The position numbers were made by a program, and so were the translations under genes. 64,000 bases of DNA. Origin: Diplonema japonicum. Taxonomy: Eukaryota > Protista > Euglenozoa: Diplonemea. Shown piece by piece: positions 57,661 to 64,000 of the stretch. Numbering within the stretch: the first letter of the stretch is position 1; each line of letters opens with the position of its first letter. The stretch covers positions 345,586 through 409,585 of the forward strand of contig OZ025735.1 of assembly GCA_964019335.1 (NCBI GenBank), given 5' to 3'. Under the pieces are notes generated by a model, which saw only the letters and a program-made list of their open reading frames with translations, was not told the DNA's origin and did not search any database.

Positions 57661-59392
57661 ATGCCTGAAAATGAACAGGAAGCACCTCTAGAAATAGAAG
57701 CTGGGGGCATAGATGATGATTGGGTCCCTGAGGGAAGCATAGGCGATTTCGGGACAGAAGCGGAAGATGAAGAAGAAGAGAGCTTGGAAACAGCGATGAA
57801 GAACGTCAAGCTGCAGAAGACCCGTGACGCACCCCCAGAGGTAAGGCCCACGATAACGAAGCAGCCGGAGGTGATCGACGACTTCATAAGGAATTTCTTA
57901 GTGAACAGCGGTCTGACAGAGACTCTGAATGCCTTCGAGCTGGAGTGGTATGAACACAAAGCCAAGGCAGAAGCGGAAGGCAAACCCGATTTAACATTTC
58001 TTGTCCCCGACACATATCTCAGCAACGCTACACTTCACGAGCAGGTCACCCAGCTCACCTCCGAGGTTGCTCAGTGCAAGCAGTCCTTCGAGGACATGAA
58101 GACCAAGCACGAATCTGCCCGCAACCAGCGAGACTTCCACAAGCTCTCACATAATAGAGTCGTACAGGAGAAGCTCCGACTTCAAAAGGACATTAAACGT
58201 CTTCAAGCTCACAACCAGCAGATGGAACCCATGCTCATCGAGCTGCGTTTGAAGAACGAGTCCGTGATGAAGGAGCGTATGCTGATACGCCTCGAGCGCG
58301 ACAAGCTGCAAACAAAGGTGAAGAACCTGGAGGAAATGGTCTCAAAGCTCGAAGGGGTGCAGAAAGGCGTTGCGCAAACCCCGACCACAGAGAAGAAAAA
58401 AAAAGCGGTTGGAGCGCAATGGCCGCCGGACGACAGGGAGCGTGCTGTCCGGGGACAGGTCATGGCACCGACGAACCTGTCCAGCATGACGTGCAGAACT
58501 ACGTTCAAAGGCCATTCCATGACGGTGACAGGCGTCAGCATGCACCCGAAGAAGCCTTTTGTAGTAACTTCTTCGGATGACACAACATGGAAGATGTGGT
58601 CGGTTCCGGGCGGGGAGCTGGTGATGAGCGGCGACGAGCACAAGGACTGGGTCAGCGGGGTAGCGTTCCACCCAAAATGCACCCACCTTGCAACTAGCTC
58701 CGGAGACGGGACTGTGAAGGTGTGGGACTTCGCGAAGGCAGGGTCAAGCCACACCTTCACAGACCACACACAAGAGGTCTGGGACGTCGCATGGCACGAC
58801 CACGGCGACTTCCTTGCTTCATGTTCTGTGGACCACACAACAAGGATATGGGACGTGACGGTAGGGAAGGCTAAGCAAACCCTACGCGGGCACGTCGACT
58901 CCGTCAACAGTGTGATGTTCCAGCCGTCCACGAACATGCTGGTAACAGCCTCTGGGGACAAGACGGTGTCCTTATGGGACCCAAGGACGGGGTTCTGTGT
59001 GCATACATTCTACGGGCACGGGAATGCTGTGAACCAAGCTGTGTTCGCAACAAAGGGTGAGCTGCTTTCCTCAGTGGATGCTGATGGGATGGTGGTATGT
59101 AGCATGACACATTACTCACACAACACAGTACATTTGGGACATGCGGACGATCAGCGAGGTGGCGAAGGAGTCCTGCGGCCCGCACCCCGCGAACACCTGC
59201 GTTTTCGATCGAAGCGACGGACATGTGCTCATCGGCAGCGACGACTCCATCATCTACTCCTACAACATCCTCGAGAGGAAGATCTCCACCTTGCGGGGCC
59301 ATGACGATGCCGTGCAGTCCCTCGCCTTCGCTCACGACAACACCTACTTCATCTCTGCCAGTTCGGACGGCACCGCCCGTTACTGGATGTGA
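57661..59392 (+). CDS. SPAG16: PF20/SPAG16 central-pair WD40 protein; intron 59095-59128
   Basis: PEVIDDFIRNFL, RDFHKLSHNRVVQEK, seven WD40 repeats; splice restores DADGMV|YIWDMR. Confidence 0.95.
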
Positions 59393-60253
59393 TGCCGATT
59401 CTTCTTCGTCACCTTCCCCCTTTCCTTTTACCCCACCCTTTTTTTTTGTGAATAGCAGATGTCAAGGTCTCGACGAGAAGTGGGAAAAAGGTTTCTTCTT
59501 TTTTTTTAAGAAAAAAAACAAGAGAAATCGGGAATAGCATAGTTATTTTCTTTTCTGTCCCCACCACCCCCCCTTTTTTTTACTTCTCATTTTTTATTAC
59601 ATATACGTGTGTACCATTAACACGTAGGTTGCTCTGTCACAGACAGCATCACCTGAGCAGCGATGTCGGCGTGTCTTCTACTTCCACGTCCAGGCTGACT
59701 ACTTTAGGGGCAGCAGGCTGACCGGGCTGCGTGGCAGCAAAGATGGTCTAGGGTCCGGTGTTGAGGGACACGCTTGCTATCTCCTTTTGGATAGGCTGTG
59801 GTGCCACATGCAACAAGTGGACACTGGTGACGTCCTTGGTTTTTTTTTTTTAAGCGCAGCTCGGCCGGTGAGCGCAAAAACGCATACCTTAAAAGAATAG
59901 TTTTTTTTTTAGGTGGTGGGGATAACATGGAAATATAAGAAGTACATCAGATGTGTTGTTCGCTGTTGACCTCCTCGTCGGTCATCACCGGTAGCGCCCG
60001 AGTGGAAGAACATAATGCAGATGCTCAGGGTGACGAACAGGCAGCAAACTGCACGAGCGCAGAATCTTGGTTACCCGGGACGCACCGGCTGGGGTTGAGC
60101 TGTACACCGCACGCATTAAGGACACGACGCGGAACGCAGAAGAAGCTACAACTCGGCCGCGGCGCGCCCCTTGTAATCAAGTAGACAGTTCTTGTGCAGG
60201 GCGCCGCCAACACCGGCCTCCTTTAACTCATATATTTTTTTTTTTTTTTTTTT

Positions 60254-61771
60254 CTCTACAGCGGACCGTTCTCCCCCCCATGTGACGAGACGCTCAAGAA
60301 ATTGTCGACAAGGGTAACATGCAACCTATGGGGCCCTCACCACCGTGGACGCTCTCCTACCGCAGTGAACACAGTCCTCTTGAAGGGGCACACTAACGAT
60401 CCCCTCTCCTATGTGATATACCACTCCCTGAAGGTGGTGTCCGGAGCGCTCGACGACGAACGACTACGACAGAGATGCATGCGGATCGCTGCGGGGTACG
60501 GCACGGGGTCCACCCCGATGGGACCAGTAGGCAACCTGGTCTGTCGGTGGCTCCCCTATATAGGATGGAGCTGGGCGCAATTGTAAGACTGTGGGAACAA
60601 ACCCTGGGCCGAACGCGGACACGTCTTTAGGGACGCGGTGAGGAAAGCCGGAGCAGGTCGCTGGCGAACGAGAGGAACACAGTGAGAGGGATGGAGGCGG
60701 GAGCGGATCCCAAAACCAACCAACTATGGAAAACAGCCAAAGACCCGCTCATGTCCTACTGCCTGAGACGGGTTATCACCGGAGGGGTCCCCTACCTTAG
60801 CCCGCATGCAGGAACGAATCAAAGAAGCGTCCCCCTGGCACCAGAAGGTGACGGCACCGAAGAAGTCGAAGAGAGCATAAGCCAAGTCCCAACAACGACA
60901 GTATCACGCACACAAGGGTTCAGGTGCGACCTGTGTGAATCACCGTACCCGGACACGGTAACCCTACTCCGCCACCAACTCTACGAGTGCGCCTGCGCAC
61001 AGGAAGAGCTAGCACAGGACGGCTTGGAACCACTGCGCAACAGGACAGGATGGCCCCTATGTCTGGAATTGCACGCGATTCTGCCGAGAGGACATGACTT
61101 TGCGTACCTAGAGAAGCTGCAACGATACTTAGCCGTGGTGGTTGAGAAACGAGACGTAGAGCTCATGCAGAAGGAGGATGTCAACACACAGCCGCTACCG
61201 TGGATTCGAAATGTGGTAGGTAAGAAATGCCCCGTTCCGATAGCTGGCGAGCTCGAAGGAGTGAGCGGGGTCCTGTCCCAGTACCTGAACCCGCTGCTAC
61301 AATGGTTGTCACAACTGCGCTGGGTGGAGAAGGACACCACCTCGGAGGTGTCGGCGGTGGAACTGGCCATTGACTTCGAATGGACGACCGGAAAGTCTTT
61401 GGGAGGCCTGCTGGAAGATAGGGCGCGCAGAATCAAAGCTCTCATCGTAAAGATAAACACAGCATGCAGGGCACGGAAGAAGCGACGCCCCTTCCCAGCG
61501 GACGAGAGAAAAAGAGTGAAGTCCCTCATCGCCATTGGAGGAAAGGCAGCTATTGGTTTCTCCAGGAGGCCTATTTTCGCCACCCGCTCCACGCACGACA
61601 AGCTAATGGAGTTGAAAGCCGACTACAAGCGGGACCGCATCACACGACTCCGCAAGACGCTCACGGCCTCAATCGGAATGAAAGCAATGCTCCAGAAGGG
61701 GAGTATTAACAGATAGACCCCCCCCTCCCATAGGGCGGCCCTCTAGCGGGGGGCTTGTCCTGTACTTTGAG
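60254..61771 (+). mobile_element. 5'-truncated, disrupted non-LTR (LINE) retrotransposon
   Basis: Frame from LYSG...LWG...LLKGH..DP (post-RT region) with a stop at 60584 and a frameshift before 60682; CCHC knuckle CDLC-x-H-x4-C; VSAVELAIDFE; second copy at 40417. Confidence 0.8.
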
Positions 61772-61833
61772 TTTTTTTTTGGTGACCACCTCTTTCTTCA
61801 TGTGATCGCTCTCCGTTCGCCATCCCTCTTTCT

Positions 61834-62097
61834 ATGGAAGTTGCCTCCAGTGATGGAACTGCTTTTGACATAGCCTGAAGAACAGGAGAGCTGGAGGATG
61901 TACGCCACGTGTGCAAGATCTTAGATCGTAGTGCTGAGAATAAACACTCCCTCGCGATGTCGAATCCGAAAATGGACCAGGTTTTACTCAAGATATGCTT
62001 GACCGTCATCATGGGGTTCCCAAAGCTTGAGATGGATTCTTGAGCTGTGGCTGACTGGTGCAGGTTCGCCCCACAGTACCAAATGGGTTGTGTTTGA
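61834..62097 (+). pseudogene. possible ankyrin-like pseudogene fragment
   Basis: MEVASSDGTAFDIA*RTGELEDVRHV... continues through in-frame TGA codons. Confidence 0.3.
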
Positions 62098-62151
62098 AAC
62101 CTCGTTCAATTAAAAAAAAAAAAGGAAGGGGGGAGGGGAGGACAGGGAAAG

Positions 62152-62453
62152 ATGGCGAAAAAGAAAAGCGCGAAACCAATTCCACATGGGCACACAGCGC
62201 AAGTAACTAGCGGGCTTAGCGAGAAGGGGGGGGATATATGCTACCAGCAACCTGGTGGGAAGTATGCTTTTTATTTTTTCTCCCCCCCCCTCCAATTTCA
62301 AACAGGTGCATCTCGCACTGGCACGACTGCAACCACAAAACCTGTTTTACAAGGGGTTATTGCACCCCAAAGCACATGCCCGACATTTACACTTATAGCT
62401 ACGGAGCAGGGGGGTGCAGCGACTACAACGCCGCTTCGAGCACATGGTTTTAA
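62152..62453 (+). CDS. candidate small spliced gene (85 aa, Cys/His-rich); intron 62262-62305
   Basis: GTATGC...AACAG 44-nt intron typical of this genome joins two frames; alternative start 62238 gives 38 aa. Confidence 0.4.
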
Positions 62454-62527
62454 GTACTGCTGCTACATCTCTGAATCATCCGAAACGCACCTCTTTAAGG
62501 AAGGGGGAAAGAAAATAAAAGAAAGAA

Positions 62528-63979
62528 ATGCTCCGACGGGCCTCGTGCGTGACCGCACAGCGCCGGACTGGCTTCCAACCTAACGCCCACAACGGGATTC
62601 ATGGAAGTGGACTGAACCCCGCAAACACTATGAACAAGTACTGGGTTAAACTGCGAAACAAAGAACACAAGTTAGAAACAAACGCGATGGCAGAATCCTT
62701 CGGATACCATGAGTTCCTGGAGAAGAAGAAAAAAGAACTGGAAAGAGAGGGTCTATGGGGTGTGTACCTAGCACAGAGGGTCATCAACTCTGTCGAGGAA
62801 GAGGACGCAGATCACCGAAACGTGTGTCTGAGCAGATTCCTCGCAGAGATCTGCAACGTGAACCAAATGCAGGAGATCCTCGACGCGAGGGTGATGGAGG
62901 ACAAGGGGGTGGTTGAGGCATTCGAACGGTACATCAAAACACCGAATAAAGGCTTCAGCATCTCGCTGGTTCTTGCAAGAATTGCGGCCTTCTACGCGGG
63001 GGACGCAACATGCCTCGGTATACGGTACACCTTGCTGATGCGGGCGTGTACCGCAAACGACGACCGTGACAAAACCGCAGCTCTACGAACCTCCCTTGCA
63101 AAGGTCGACATTGAAGCAAAAAGGTACAAGGCAGCTTTGGAGGAAGCGGAAGCTGCTCTCGAACACATTACCGCAGAACACCCAGTCTACCCAACAGCTA
63201 TGTTGGTGAAGGCAACAGCTTACCTAGGTTTAGCTGATCTAGTTGGCTGCAGGACGGTGGTTCGAGAACTGGGTGAACTAGGCGATGAAAGCTTCAAAAA
63301 GGAGCTAGTGAAAAAACTGGAGACAATGGAGAACAAGGAAACCATATACACGTGGGACGGGCAGTTTAAAGAAGGCACAGAGGTGTACATGGTACTGGCC
63401 GATGTACTGCAGCAGTTTATAAGCGATGCGAAGTTTAACAGGTACAGCGTGCAGGCGTACCTCCCGTGGATCCTTGAGGGAGTCGAAGAACTCGCGGATG
63501 AGAAGAATATTACTGTTCATATTATTGGTGATATTGAGATACCTTCGGGTCTACTTTCTGGTGTTCGAGGGCATGCTGTGTGGCCGTGTTCCTTCCCTGC
63601 TGATGTGCCGTCTATGGGAGTCTTTGCAAACATCAGTCGTATCCCGTGTACACCTGATACTGCCTGCACGCCATCTACTTTCGCAAATATCATCAAAAGT
63701 CGTATCCTCCTCCCCACCGCGAATCCTGTTGCCTATGACGATCAGTACAATATTATCGAAGCGCGAAGCACTATGTTCAACACCTTTGACCCTCCTCGAA
63801 GGGCTGACGATGTCTCGCGGGTATATTAATATTATGGGGGATTAAGAAAAAAAAAAAAAAAAAAAAAAAAAAAACAGGAAATAAAGGAAAAACGAAAAAT
63901 CCGTAAATTCGAACGGCAGATGCTCATCACGAAAAGGCTCAAAGATTTGCCTTTTTTCGCAAAAGCATCCGAAAAATGA
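62528..63979 (+). CDS. probable mitochondrial TPR-like protein; intron 63821-63877
   Basis: MLRR presequence; LAKV.I...RY..ALEEAEAAL helical repeat; last exon EIKEKRKIRK...ASEK*. Confidence 0.75.
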
Positions 63980-64000
63980 GGTGGAAGGAGAGGAGGGGGT

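Noticed and set aside
62011-62075. H/ACA-like hairpin with SSU-antisense TGCAGGTTCGCC
   Set aside because: Pocket geometry is poor and the match is short; no tRNA, rRNA or snRNA gene could be supported anywhere in the window

Overview
Gene-dense eukaryotic (protist) nuclear DNA. About 27 protein genes lie head-to-tail, all on the + strand, with no credible minus-strand gene. This fits polycistronic transcription with spliced-leader trans-splicing. About 30 very short GT-AG cis-introns (34-69 nt, one of 194 nt; donor mostly GTATG) are also present. Together with MLRR-type mitochondrial presequences this suggests a euglenozoan, probably diplonemid-like (inference). Recognisable genes: YEATS, ERGIC3, a PUB-domain protein, Hydin, PP2A B'', MKKS/BBS6, XRCC4, an F-box protein, PTH2, a GAF-PDE, SAC9, ZSWIM7, an EF-hand/MIB-repeat protein, UFC1, two SHIPPO-repeat proteins and PF20/SPAG16. 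Non-coding DNA is dominated by homopolymer runs. Highlights: (1) unusual intron rules, with A-tract 3' splice sites, strong 3' positional bias and no phase-1 intron among 30; (2) a 44-aa microprotein with SIAMESE/SMR-like CDK-inhibitor motifs, missed by the ORF track; (3) a young LINE family whose two copies end in T-rich rather than poly(A) tails; (4) a ~130-nt hairpin next to a TIR-bounded element with decayed relatives elsewhere; (5) three apparent pseudoenzymes. All splice models were derived by eye and all homologies come from motif recall, not database searches.
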